NCBI GenBank assembly: GCA_029238665.1
Contig: JAQWFQ010000014.1
Span: 207,339-271,338 of the forward strand
Source: Crocinitomicaceae bacterium
GTDB lineage: Bacteria > Bacteroidota > Bacteroidia > Flavobacteriales_D > Crocinitomicaceae
Length of the DNA stretch: 64,000 nucleotides
Direction: 5' to 3'
The notes beneath the pieces were generated by a model, which searched no databases, had not been told where the DNA came from, and worked only from the letters and a program-made list of their open reading frames with translations. Shown here piece by piece: positions 30,617 to 40,496 of the stretch. Position numbers and translations under genes: made by a program. Every line of letters starts with the position of its first letter. Within the stretch, counting starts at the first letter, position 1.

Positions 30617-31348
30617 ATGATTGAAGAACGTTTAGACAAAATTTTAATCCAGCGAAACCTAGTTGACACTCGAGGAAAAGCTGAGAAAATGATTCGCGAA
30701 ATTGGTGTAAAAGTGAATGGGAAACTAATCACCAAAAGTGGACGAAAATTCCCTGAAAACTGTACCATTGAGCTAATTCAAGAAAACGTATCATTCTCCT
30801 CTATTGGTGCTGCAAAACTTGAAGATGCTATACAAACATGGTCTCCAGAAATTTCAAAAAAAACCATCCTAGAGATTGGTTGTCGCGATGCCTTTACGGA
30901 GGTTTTAATCAATCACAATGCCGGTAAGATTTACAGCCTAGGAGGTGCAGTCAATCAATTAGACATACACATTTCTGAACACAAAAATGTTGTTGATTTA
31001 AGCGATATGCTCGTTCGTGAAATAAATTCGAACACCATCCCTGAAGTAATCGATGGGTGTGTCGTTAATATGCAGGACCTAAGCCTTCAAAAGATACTCC
31101 CTTTTGTACACCCAACATTAAAACCTGGCAGTTTTGTCATAGCTATGATACGTGTAAATTTAGAGGTAGAAAAACAGTATGTTTCAAAAACAGGATTAGT
31201 CAAAAAGAAAAAACTTTTCCCTAAAGTCATCGAAGACATAAAAATAGTTGGAGAAACAAATAACCTTCAATATAACGGGCATATTACCTCGCCTATAATC
31301 GGTGAAAGTGGAAATCAAGAGTTTCTAATGTTTTTTACAAAAAAATAA
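30617..31348 (+). CDS. TlyA-like protein: S4 RNA-binding domain plus FtsJ-like methyltransferase fold with degenerate SAM/catalytic motifs
   Basis: 243 aa. S4 region RLDKILIQRNLVDTRGKAEKMIREIGVKVNGKLI. The expected D-x-G-[AS]-S-T-G-G-F-T reads EIGCRDAFT here. The C-terminal GESGNQEF block is conserved. Confidence 0.7.
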   Translation: MIEERLDKILIQRNLVDTRGKAEKMIREIGVKVNGKLITKSGRKFPENCTIELIQENVSFSSIGAAKLEDAIQTWSPEISKKTILEIGCRDAFTEVLINHNAGKIYSLGGAVNQLDIHISEHKNVVDLSDMLVREINSNTIPEVIDGCVVNMQDLSLQKILPFVHPTLKPGSFVIAMIRVNLEVEKQYVSKTGLVKKKKLFPKVIEDIKIVGETNNLQYNGHITSPIIGESGNQEFLMFFTKK

Positions 31349-31404
31349 TTTACTCCAGCTAGCGTATTTCTCTTATTAGAATCAATCCAAATAAGGGGAT
31401 TTCG

Positions 31405-31412
31405 TATCTTTG
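31405..31412 (+). promoter_or_regulatory. -7 promoter box immediately upstream of the sufS start
   Basis: TATCTTTG, then 5 nt before ATG 31418. Confidence 0.45.
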
Positions 31413-31417
31413 TCCAA

Positions 31418-32656
31418 ATGATGGTAAAAGAAGATATACAACTATTCGATATTGACCGTATTCGTGATGAGTTTCCTACGCTTTCTAGAGAGGTGTATGG
31501 CAAACCATTAATCTATCTTGACAACGGTGCAACTTCGCAAAAACCGCAAGTAGTAATTGATTCAATTGAGCATTATTATACGTTTGACAACTCAAACATT
31601 CACCGTGGCGTTCATCACATGAGTCAAGAGGCAACGACTCAATACGAAAACGCGCGCGTAACAATTCAAAAATACATTAACTCCCCGACACCTGAACAGG
31701 TACTCTTTACAACGGGGACAACGGGAGGCATAAACCTCATCGCACATTCTTTTGGAGAATTACTTTCGGCGGGCGATGAAATCATCATCTCTACCATGGA
31801 GCACCATTCCAATATCGTCCCATGGCAAATGCTTTGTGAGCGTAAAGGGTGTAAGCTAAATGTTATTCCAATTAACGACCATGGTGAGCTCATCATGTCT
31901 GAATTTGAAAAGCTATTGAACAACAAAACCAAATTGGTTTCTGTTACGCATATATCCAATACACTTGGAACTATCAACCCAATAAAACACATCATTGACT
32001 CAGCCCATAAGGTTGGCGCAAAAGTTTTGATTGATGGAGCGCAAAGTATTCAACACATGTCCGTAGATGTGCAAGCCTTAGATTGTGATTTCTTTCTGTT
32101 TTCTGGACATAAAGTTTTTGGGCCTACTGGCGTTGGTATTCTCTATGGAAAAACAGCTGTTTTAAATTCGATGCCTCCATACCAAGGTGGTGGCGACATG
32201 ATTGATCGTGTTACTTTTGAAAAAACAACATACAACGTTCTCCCTCATAAATTTGAAGCGGGCACACCAAACATTTCAGGTGGAATAGCACTTGGAGTAG
32301 CCATCAACTACTTGGCAAATCAAGATTTAAATGCCATTCAAAAACACGAACATGAATTAGGTGTTTACGCAACAACAGAATTGAATAAAATTGAAGGAAT
32401 GCGTATTATCGGAACATCAAAAGAAAAGACAAGTGTTATTTCTTTTGTTGTTGAAGGACTACATCCCTTTGACATTGGAACTTTACTTGATAAGCAAGGA
32501 GTTGCTGTTCGAACAGGCCATCATTGTACACAACCCCTAATGGACTTCTTTAACATTCCAGGGACAGTTCGCGCATCATTTACTTTTTACAACACAAAAG
32601 CTGAGGTAGATATTTTTATTAAAGCATTAAACCGTAGCATTAATATGCTACGATAA
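31418..32656 (+). CDS. sufS: Cysteine desulfurase, SufS subfamily
   Basis: 412 aa. PLP lysine in FSGHKVFGPTG. Catalytic Cys in RTGHHCTQP. Confidence 0.9.
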   Translation: MMVKEDIQLFDIDRIRDEFPTLSREVYGKPLIYLDNGATSQKPQVVIDSIEHYYTFDNSNIHRGVHHMSQEATTQYENARVTIQKYINSPTPEQVLFTTGTTGGINLIAHSFGELLSAGDEIIISTMEHHSNIVPWQMLCERKGCKLNVIPINDHGELIMSEFEKLLNNKTKLVSVTHISNTLGTINPIKHIIDSAHKVGAKVLIDGAQSIQHMSVDVQALDCDFFLFSGHKVFGPTGVGILYGKTAVLNSMPPYQGGGDMIDRVTFEKTTYNVLPHKFEAGTPNISGGIALGVAINYLANQDLNAIQKHEHELGVYATTELNKIEGMRIIGTSKEKTSVISFVVEGLHPFDIGTLLDKQGVAVRTGHHCTQPLMDFFNIPGTVRASFTFYNTKAEVDIFIKALNRSINMLR

Positions 32657-32668
32657 CTAGGAAATATC

Positions 32669-33085
32669 ATGACCTTAGATCAAAAACAACAAGAAATCAT
32701 TGATGAATTTGAAATTTACGATGATTGGATGGATAAATACGAATACATCATAGAATTGGGGAAAGAACTCCCTTTAATTTCAGATGCAAAAAAGACAAAA
32801 GACCGACTCATAGAAGGATGTCAATCACGCGTGTGGCTTGACATGGAAATGGTGGAAGGTAAAATGTCGTTTAGTGCTGATTCAGACGCCATTATTACGA
32901 AAGGAATTATTGGTTTACTTATTCGTGTGATGAACAATGAAAATGCGCAAACAATTGCCACAGCAGACTTGCGATTTATCCGTGAGATTGGATTACAAGA
33001 ACACTTATCGCCTACACGTGCGAACGGCTTGGCAAGTATGATACAAAAAATGAAAATGAACGCAGTAAAAGCAATCACAGGATAG
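32669..33085 (+). CDS. sufE: SufE-like sulfur acceptor
   Basis: 138 aa. Active-site context EGCQSRVW. Confidence 0.85.
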   Translation: MTLDQKQQEIIDEFEIYDDWMDKYEYIIELGKELPLISDAKKTKDRLIEGCQSRVWLDMEMVEGKMSFSADSDAIITKGIIGLLIRVMNNENAQTIATADLRFIREIGLQEHLSPTRANGLASMIQKMKMNAVKAITG

Positions 33086-33091
33086 ATCGTT

Positions 33092-33406
33092 ATGGAAGAC
33101 AAAGTAGCATTAGAAAATAAAGTGATCGAAATTTTAAAAACGATCTATGATCCTGAAATTCCTGTTGACGTATTTGAACTCGGATTAATTTATGAAGTGA
33201 AAATTGATTTAGACACAAATGTCCAGATTCAAATGACGTTAACTTCACCAAACTGCCCAGTTGCAGAATCAATGCCTAAAGAGATTGAAGACAAGGTTGC
33301 AGACTACCCTGCATTCAAGTCATGCAATGTGAACATTGTATTTGATCCACCCTGGGACAAAGACATGATGAGTGAAGAGGCAATGTTAGAACTTGGTTTT
33401 CTATAA
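33092..33406 (+). CDS. DUF59 / SufT-like Fe-S assembly protein
   Basis: 104 aa. Has IYDPEIPVDVFELGLIY and TLTSPNCPVAE. Confidence 0.8.
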   Translation: MEDKVALENKVIEILKTIYDPEIPVDVFELGLIYEVKIDLDTNVQIQMTLTSPNCPVAESMPKEIEDKVADYPAFKSCNVNIVFDPPWDKDMMSEEAMLELGFL

Positions 33407-33426
33407 AACCCATTTAAAAATTTAGT

Positions 33427-34668
33427 ATGAGAAGAGTTGTAGTTACTGGAATAGGAGCACTTACTCCAATTGGGAATAACCTAACAGACTATTGGAACAA
33501 TATTCAATCTGGAGTGAGTGGCGCTGGCCCGATCACGAAATTTGATGCGAGTAAACACAAAGCGCAATTTGCCTGTGAGCTGAAAGGTTTTGAACCAAAA
33601 GATCATTTTCACGTGAAAGAAATTAGAAAATATGATCCATTTTCACAGTATGCACTCGTAGCTGTTGACCAAGCTTTGGCACATGGGAATATTGACTTTG
33701 ACACATTAAATAAAAATAGAATTGGTGTCATTTGGGGATCTGGAAATGGAGGAATTCAAACCTTCGAGAACCAAATGGAAGAGTATTTCGAAGGAGATGG
33801 GACCCCACGTTTTGCACCCTTTTTCATACCCCGAATACTCGTAGATATTGCTTCAGGAATTATTTCTATCAAATACGGACTTAGAGGCGTAAATTTTTGC
33901 CCTGTATCAGCATGCGCAACCTCAAACACAGCTATGATTGAAGCATTTAATCATATCAAGTGGGACAAGGCAGACATGATTATTACAGGAGGTTCTGAGG
34001 CTGCTATTACAGCATCTGCTATTGGAGGTTTTCAATCTGCAAAAGCATTATCAACCCGAAACGATGATCCTAAATCAGCATCTAGACCTTTTGATGTTTC
34101 AAGGGATGGGTTTGTTATGGGTGAAGGTGCAGGTGCTTTGGTATTCGAAGAATATGAACACGCTAAAAAACGTGGAGCAACCATCTTTGGTGAAGTTGTT
34201 GGTGGCGGACAAGCTGCCGATGCACATCATTTAACAGGAACACACCCTGAGGGTGAGGGCGCTGTTTTAGGAATGCGTGAAGCGATGCGCGAAGCGAAAA
34301 TTACAGCCGATGATATTGATTACATCAACATGCATGCAACTTCTACTCCACAAGGAGATAAAAGTGAATTAATTGCTGTAGACCGCGTTTTTGGAAAACG
34401 TAAGTCACTTTCAATTTCTGCAACAAAATCAATGACCGGACACCTACTTGGTGCTGCTGGTGCCATTGAAGGGATTGCTAGCTTAATGGCGTTGCAAGAT
34501 AGCGTTGTACCTCCAACAATTAATACATCAGATGTAGAACCAGATTTTAAAGATCATTACGATTTCCCTTTAGGTAAAGGACATAAAAAAGAAATGACAT
34601 ATGCGATGAGTAACACGTTTGGGTTTGGCGGACACATTGCATCTATTATTTTTAAGAAATACGTTTAA
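33427..34668 (+). CDS. fabF: Beta-ketoacyl-ACP synthase II
   Basis: 413 aa. Active-site ACATSNTA, NMHATSTP and GHLLGAAG. Confidence 0.9.
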   Translation: MRRVVVTGIGALTPIGNNLTDYWNNIQSGVSGAGPITKFDASKHKAQFACELKGFEPKDHFHVKEIRKYDPFSQYALVAVDQALAHGNIDFDTLNKNRIGVIWGSGNGGIQTFENQMEEYFEGDGTPRFAPFFIPRILVDIASGIISIKYGLRGVNFCPVSACATSNTAMIEAFNHIKWDKADMIITGGSEAAITASAIGGFQSAKALSTRNDDPKSASRPFDVSRDGFVMGEGAGALVFEEYEHAKKRGATIFGEVVGGGQAADAHHLTGTHPEGEGAVLGMREAMREAKITADDIDYINMHATSTPQGDKSELIAVDRVFGKRKSLSISATKSMTGHLLGAAGAIEGIASLMALQDSVVPPTINTSDVEPDFKDHYDFPLGKGHKKEMTYAMSNTFGFGGHIASIIFKKYV

Positions 34669-34786
34669 CGATATCCTAAAGTAGGTTTATAGAAGTATGT
34701 CGTTCATTGAATGAGTTGACACTATTTCTCTCAAGGTTCACATTAGCGTGACAAATGCGTGCTTTTATACTTTTGGGAACACGGTG

Positions 34787-37594
34787 TCAATCTTCTAGTT
34801 CTGACTTCAAATACATTGCTGTGTAAGATTCTTTTTTAAATTTTTTCACAACGTGTTCTGGTGTTCCACTACACACAATACTCCCTCCTTCTTTTCCTCC
34901 CTCAGGCCCTATATCTACAATGTGGTCTGCGACTTTAATGATGTCGAGGTTGTGCTCAATGACCAACACTGTATTTCCTTCATCAACTAATTTCTGTAGT
35001 ACAATCAGTAGCATCTTAATGTCTTCAAAATGTAAGCCCGTAGAAGGTTCATCTAAAATATACATCGTATTGCCTGTCCCTCGTTTAGACAGCTCTGATG
35101 ACAATTTAATTCGCTGGGCCTCACCTCCAGACAAGGTTGTAGAAGGTTGACCTAGCTTAATGTACCCTAAGCCTACTGAAACAAGTGTTTTAAGGATACG
35201 GTGCATTTTTGGGATTTGCTCAAAAAAGACAGCTGCGTCACTAATGGTCATTTCAAGGACGTCACTAATTGACTTGCCTTTATAGCGAACCTCATTTGTT
35301 TCTCGATTGTACCGTTTACCATTACACGTTTCACACTCCACTAAAACATCTGGTAAAAAGTTCATTTCAACAACTTTCATCCCACCTCCTTTACATGTTT
35401 CACACCTGCCGCCAACAACATTAAATGAAAACCTACCTGGTTTATAGCCTCTAATTTTAGCTTCTGGTAAACTGGAAAATAGCGCCCTTATTTCATCAAA
35501 AAGTTTTGTATATGTCGCAGGGTTAGAACGGGGCGTTCGTCCAATTGGACTTTGATCAATTTCGATCACCTTATCAAGGTGCTCAATACCGCTGATGGAC
35601 TTGTAGGGTAATGGCTTCTTTACACCATTATATATTTCAGCCAACAATATAGGGTACAGTGTTTGGTTAATCAAAGAAGACTTTCCACTTCCCGAAACAC
35701 CTGTTACACACGTCATTGTACCAAGTGGTATTGTTAAGTTAACAGACTGTAAATTTCTTCCTGAAGCACCTTTAAGCACTAGTTTTTTTCCATTTCCTTT
35801 TCTACGATTATCAGGCACTTCAACCGTACGAACCCCTGTTAAATATTGATTCGTCAAAGAGTCTTTATTGTGTAACGCTGAAATTGGCGAGGCATTTACA
35901 ATCTGACCTCCTTTAACTCCAGCTCCAGGACCTAAATCGACCACAAAGTCTGCCGCTTCAATCATCTCCTTATCATGCTCAACCACAATAACTGAGTTTC
36001 CAGTATCACGTAATCGTTTCAAGGAATTAATTAAACGTGTATTGTCTCTTTGATGAAGTCCAATTGAAGGCTCATCTAAAATATACAGAACGTTCATTAA
36101 CTCACTCCCAATCTGAGTTGCTAGTCGAATGCGTTGTGCTTCTCCACCAGATAAGGTTTTAGCTGAACGGTGCAAAGACAGGTAAGTTAAACCAACCTCA
36201 ACTATAAAGCCTAGTCGTGCGCGAATTTCCTTTAAAATTTCAACAGCAATGATTGATTTTTCTTCTTCTAAATGATCCTCAGCTGTCTCAAACCAAACAG
36301 CCAAATCCGCAATATCCATTTGCGCTAAATCTCCAATATGTTTTCCTCCAATTTTGAAGTAATGTGCTTCTTTTTTAATCCGTGTCCCTTTACATGATGA
36401 ACACTCTTTTTTATTCATGAAACTTTGTGCCCATCGCTGAATTGGAGCAGAACTTTCTTCTGAATGTCTCGAAATAAAGTTAATAATCCCTTCAAAAACA
36501 ACAGCATTACTTTTTCGTGAACGCTCAACCCCTTCATTGCCATTCAAGATCACATCCATCACCGCTTCACCTATGCTTGAAATTGGCGTTGTAAGTGAGA
36601 GTCCTTCTTGCGTTAAGTACGCATTTAACTTTTCAAAAATCCACGTTTTTTTATACGCGCCTAATGGAACTAAACCTCCTTTCTTTATTGACTTTGAAGT
36701 ATCTGGTATAATTTTATCGCGGTCAACTTCAGATACCTCTCCAAGGCCACCACATGCTTTGCATGCACCATAAGGTGAATTAAATGAAAATAAGCTGGGT
36801 TCTGGTTCTGGGTAACTAATTCCTGTTGTTGGGCACATCAATGAACGGCTAAAATGCCTAAGGTCTTCTGAATCAGAATCCATAATCATGAGTGATTTAC
36901 CTCCATGTTTCATTGCAGTGACGACACTATCGTAAATGCGTTTTCTATCTTTCTTGTCTATTTTCAATCGGTCTATTACAATCTCAATGTCATGTATTTT
37001 ATACCGGTCTAACTTCATTCCTTTGGTGATTTCCTTCACCTCTCCATCTACCCTAACCTTAGTAAATCCAAGTTTTAAAACCTGTTCAAACAATTCTCTA
37101 TAATGCCCTTTACGCCCTTTAATTTTAGGCGATAAAACGATGACTTTTTTACCCGCATAATTCTCAATAATCAAATCAACAATCTGATCATCAGAATACT
37201 TAACCATGGCTTCACCTGTATTGTACGAATATGCTGTTCCAACACGTGCATAAAGCAGGCGCATAAAATCATAAATCTCAGTAATTGTCCCAACGGTTGA
37301 TCTAGGCGATTTAGATACTGTCTTTTGTTCGATCGAAATGACAGGACTTAAGCCTTCTATCTTGTCAACATCAGGCCGTTCTAATCCGCCCAAGAATTGT
37401 CTAGCATATGCTGAAAATGTTTCAATATATCGGCGTTGCCCTTCAGCAAATATTGTATCAAAAGCAAGCGAAGATTTTCCTGATCCGCTCAACCCTGTAA
37501 ATACAACGAGCTGATTGCGTGGAATTTTTAAATCCACATTTTTTAAATTGTGAACCCGAGCACCATAAACCTCTATATACTTTTTTTCACTCAT
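34787..37594 (-). CDS. uvrA: Excinuclease ABC subunit A
   Basis: I start at ATG 37594 (MSEKKYIEVYGARVHNLKN) rather than the ORF-track 37627. Two ABC modules and zinc-finger Cys clusters are present. Confidence 0.95.
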   Translation of the reverse strand: MSEKKYIEVYGARVHNLKNVDLKIPRNQLVVFTGLSGSGKSSLAFDTIFAEGQRRYIETFSAYARQFLGGLERPDVDKIEGLSPVISIEQKTVSKSPRSTVGTITEIYDFMRLLYARVGTAYSYNTGEAMVKYSDDQIVDLIIENYAGKKVIVLSPKIKGRKGHYRELFEQVLKLGFTKVRVDGEVKEITKGMKLDRYKIHDIEIVIDRLKIDKKDRKRIYDSVVTAMKHGGKSLMIMDSDSEDLRHFSRSLMCPTTGISYPEPEPSLFSFNSPYGACKACGGLGEVSEVDRDKIIPDTSKSIKKGGLVPLGAYKKTWIFEKLNAYLTQEGLSLTTPISSIGEAVMDVILNGNEGVERSRKSNAVVFEGIINFISRHSEESSAPIQRWAQSFMNKKECSSCKGTRIKKEAHYFKIGGKHIGDLAQMDIADLAVWFETAEDHLEEEKSIIAVEILKEIRARLGFIVEVGLTYLSLHRSAKTLSGGEAQRIRLATQIGSELMNVLYILDEPSIGLHQRDNTRLINSLKRLRDTGNSVIVVEHDKEMIEAADFVVDLGPGAGVKGGQIVNASPISALHNKDSLTNQYLTGVRTVEVPDNRRKGNGKKLVLKGASGRNLQSVNLTIPLGTMTCVTGVSGSGKSSLINQTLYPILLAEIYNGVKKPLPYKSISGIEHLDKVIEIDQSPIGRTPRSNPATYTKLFDEIRALFSSLPEAKIRGYKPGRFSFNVVGGRCETCKGGGMKVVEMNFLPDVLVECETCNGKRYNRETNEVRYKGKSISDVLEMTISDAAVFFEQIPKMHRILKTLVSVGLGYIKLGQPSTTLSGGEAQRIKLSSELSKRGTGNTMYILDEPSTGLHFEDIKMLLIVLQKLVDEGNTVLVIEHNLDIIKVADHIVDIGPEGGKEGGSIVCSGTPEHVVKKFKKESYTAMYLKSELED

Positions 37595-37902
37595 TTCAGC
37601 AGAAAATTGAATAATTACGTGTGTCAAACCTTAATGATTGAAAAAAACAACCTGAAAAATAATTGCCTGTTTTTAATCGAGAAAAGTCATACTACGAATG
37701 TAATAAATAAGGTGTATTATTACTTTACTGAACCTTGATACTTTATTGTATTTCGAGCACAAATAAATCCTATGCTACATTCTTGGTGTTTTATTTTATT
37801 GCTTCAACGATTCACTTAAATCCCAAAACGTTGTTTAAAAGTTTTTACGTGTGAATTACATTCATTGAATAATCTTATAGAAATTTACAGGAAAACGATC
37901 TT

Positions 37903-39366
37903 ATGAAAATAGTAAGCATCTACTTATTTGTTGGCTATGCCATGCTAAACCTTTCGTTTGGACAGCATCCAATTCAAAATGCAGTAACGACATTTTGTAA
38001 TGACCCCGTATTCAGTCACGCATCAATAGGTATCAAAATCGTTGACATCGAGACGAATCAAGTGATTGCATCTCACAACCCAGACATATCATTGCCAAGT
38101 GCATCCACAGCAAAATTATTTTCTACAGCAACTGCACTAGAGATTCTTGGGCCTAATTTTCAACCCAAAACACGGCTATACATTGATGGACATGTCGATT
38201 CGAGTGGGACATTAAATGGTAACATCTGGATTCGAGGAGGAGGTGATCCCAGTTTAGGATCAAAATATATTACAGACACTAAGTATAAACGATTTTTTTT
38301 TCATGCATGGGCAGAAGCTGTACAATTACTAGGCATTAAAAAAATATCAGGTTCCATTATTGCAGATGCTTCTGAATTTGGCTATGAAGGTGTTCCTGAC
38401 GGTTGGAGCTGGTCCGATTTAGGGAATTACTATGGGGCAGGCCCCTCAGGTCTTTCGATTTTTGACAACTTAATCAACGTTAAGTTTAACACCCCTTCTA
38501 AAGCTGGATCTCCAGTTGAAGTTAGCTCAATGGAACCCACGCTTCCTAATCTGGAGTTTTTTAATTACATCAAATCATCATATACAAAAGGAGATAACGT
38601 CTACTTTTACGGAGGACCTTATTCTAACGTTCGATATGCTTCTGGAACTTTACCTATTAACCAAAATGACTTTTTAGTTAAGGCGAGTATTCCTGATCCT
38701 GAACTACTTTTCGCTTATGAATTTGAACAATTGCTCGAAGCGAATAATATTGAAGTTTTATCTGGTTATAATTCTGCACGCCTGCTTCACATTTCTAGCT
38801 CGTCAACCGCTTATGATTCAAGGAACCTTATTTACAGTCACAAGGGGGAACAATTAATAGACATTATCAACTACACAAACATGAAAAGCATAAACCTCTT
38901 TGCAGAGCATATGTTAACGCTCATTGGTTATGAAAAAACAGGTTATGGAACTACCAATAGTGGCCTGGAGATAATGGAACATTATTGGGAATCAAAATTT
39001 GACACTAAAGGCTTGTTTTTACACGATGGTAGTGGCCTGTCTCGGTCTAATGCAATCTCTGCGACACATTTTACAGAACTATTAATTCAAATGAGTAAGA
39101 GTCAATACAGCGATCAATACAAGGCTTCTTTGCCTATTTCAGGAGTTAGCGGAACACTTAAATACATCTGTAAAGGACAAGCTGCTCAACATAAAATTCA
39201 TGCAAAAAGTGGAACAATGTCTCGCATCAAAAGCTACGCAGGCTATGCCGACTCAAACAGTGGTAAAAAATATGCGTTTGCACTAATTGTAAATAACCAG
39301 ACATGTAGCTCCCGTGTTTTAAAGCAAAAAATAGCTGCTTTATTTAATGTGATGGCTGTTAATTAA
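37903..39366 (+). CDS. dacB: D-alanyl-D-alanine carboxypeptidase/endopeptidase (PBP4 family)
   Basis: 487 aa with a signal peptide. SxxK in PSASTAKL, SxN in SGLSRSN, and KSG in AKSGTM. Confidence 0.85.
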   Translation: MKIVSIYLFVGYAMLNLSFGQHPIQNAVTTFCNDPVFSHASIGIKIVDIETNQVIASHNPDISLPSASTAKLFSTATALEILGPNFQPKTRLYIDGHVDSSGTLNGNIWIRGGGDPSLGSKYITDTKYKRFFFHAWAEAVQLLGIKKISGSIIADASEFGYEGVPDGWSWSDLGNYYGAGPSGLSIFDNLINVKFNTPSKAGSPVEVSSMEPTLPNLEFFNYIKSSYTKGDNVYFYGGPYSNVRYASGTLPINQNDFLVKASIPDPELLFAYEFEQLLEANNIEVLSGYNSARLLHISSSSTAYDSRNLIYSHKGEQLIDIINYTNMKSINLFAEHMLTLIGYEKTGYGTTNSGLEIMEHYWESKFDTKGLFLHDGSGLSRSNAISATHFTELLIQMSKSQYSDQYKASLPISGVSGTLKYICKGQAAQHKIHAKSGTMSRIKSYAGYADSNSGKKYAFALIVNNQTCSSRVLKQKIAALFNVMAVN

Positions 39367-40330
39367 GTTCGGCTTCAACAATAGATTTCCAAAACGATTT
39401 CATAGAAATATCTGCTGATGCCAACATTTTGGGGACGATACTTTCATTTGAAAAACCAGGTATACTATTCACCTCAATAACATTTGGAACGCCATTTACA
39501 ATTATAAAATCAATACGAGCTACCGATCGTAGTTGCATTAAGCAATAAATCTGTGCGGTCATCTCTTGGATCTTCACCGTCAATTCATCACTAATCCGTG
39601 CTGGTATGATCTCTTGGGACAGGCCTTTATATTTTGCTTCATAATCAAAGAAATCATTTTCAGAAATAATTTCTGTTAATGGCAAGGTTTGAACCCCTTC
39701 TTTATTTCTATATGCTGCGCACGTAACCTCAACACCATCCAGAAAAGCCTCTAAAACAACTGTATTTCCTTCTTTAAAAGCATTGTCAACAGCAAGTGCT
39801 AAATCTTCCACCCTGTTTACTTTCTCAATCCCGAAACTCGAACCTGAATCACAGGGCTTAACAAAAATTGGTAATCCTAATTGCTGGACAATTTTCTCTG
39901 GATCAATGTCGGTTAAAGGGTCAGACAGGTAGATTGAATCTGCGACCTCGTAGTTAAATCCTTTTATAAATTGGTTACAGTACCACTTGTCAAACGATAA
40001 CTGAGAAGCTAAAGGCCCCGAGTTTATATAAGGAATATCAATCATTTCAAGGTAAGATTGAACCTTTCCATTCTCACCTGGGTCACCATGAATGTAAATC
40101 ACAGCAAAATCAATCTTTATAGTTTCTTGCCCTAATTTAAAGGTTAAATCTCTAACATTTAACGCTTCAACTTCTTGATCTTTAGTTTGAACAAACCATC
40201 CTTCCTTCTTTAAAAAAATTAAAAAAGGGCGGTATTCCGTCGGAAAATTATTGAATACGTTTGTTGCGCTTTTCACCGAAATATCAAATTCCGATGAAAA
40301 ACCCCCACATATGATCCCTGCATTTTTCAT
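39359..40330 (-). CDS. ddl: D-alanine--D-alanine ligase
   Basis: 323 aa. ATP-grasp architecture and a family-typical N-terminus GIICGGFSSEFDISVKS. Confidence 0.9.
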   Translation of the reverse strand: MKNAGIICGGFSSEFDISVKSATNVFNNFPTEYRPFLIFLKKEGWFVQTKDQEVEALNVRDLTFKLGQETIKIDFAVIYIHGDPGENGKVQSYLEMIDIPYINSGPLASQLSFDKWYCNQFIKGFNYEVADSIYLSDPLTDIDPEKIVQQLGLPIFVKPCDSGSSFGIEKVNRVEDLALAVDNAFKEGNTVVLEAFLDGVEVTCAAYRNKEGVQTLPLTEIISENDFFDYEAKYKGLSQEIIPARISDELTVKIQEMTAQIYCLMQLRSVARIDFIIVNGVPNVIEVNSIPGFSNESIVPKMLASADISMKSFWKSIVEAELN

Positions 40331-40460
40331 TAAATCTAGATTTTAGCTAAAGATACGTGCATCAGTCCGTAATACATCAACCCTACCTAAAAGTTTTCAG
40401 CATTTGACATGTTAACTTCTTCTAATAATACCATACTTTTCGGATGCCAAATCTTTAAAG

Positions 40461-40468
40461 TATATTTG
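40461..40468 (+). promoter_or_regulatory. -7 promoter box for the acyltransferase gene
   Basis: TATATTTG, with 28 nt before ATG 40497. Confidence 0.4.
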
Positions 40469-40496
40469 CTTCTACTAAACACTAATTACACTTCAA

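Noticed and set aside
38293-38301. A T9 homopolymer inside dacB (and similar A8-A9 runs in DUF58 at about 49790 and in batC at about 53236) as slipped-strand phase-variation sites.
   Set aside because: The runs encode in-frame FFF or KK(K) codons in an AT-rich genome where such tracts are expected. There is no evidence of frameshifted alleles or contingency-locus context.
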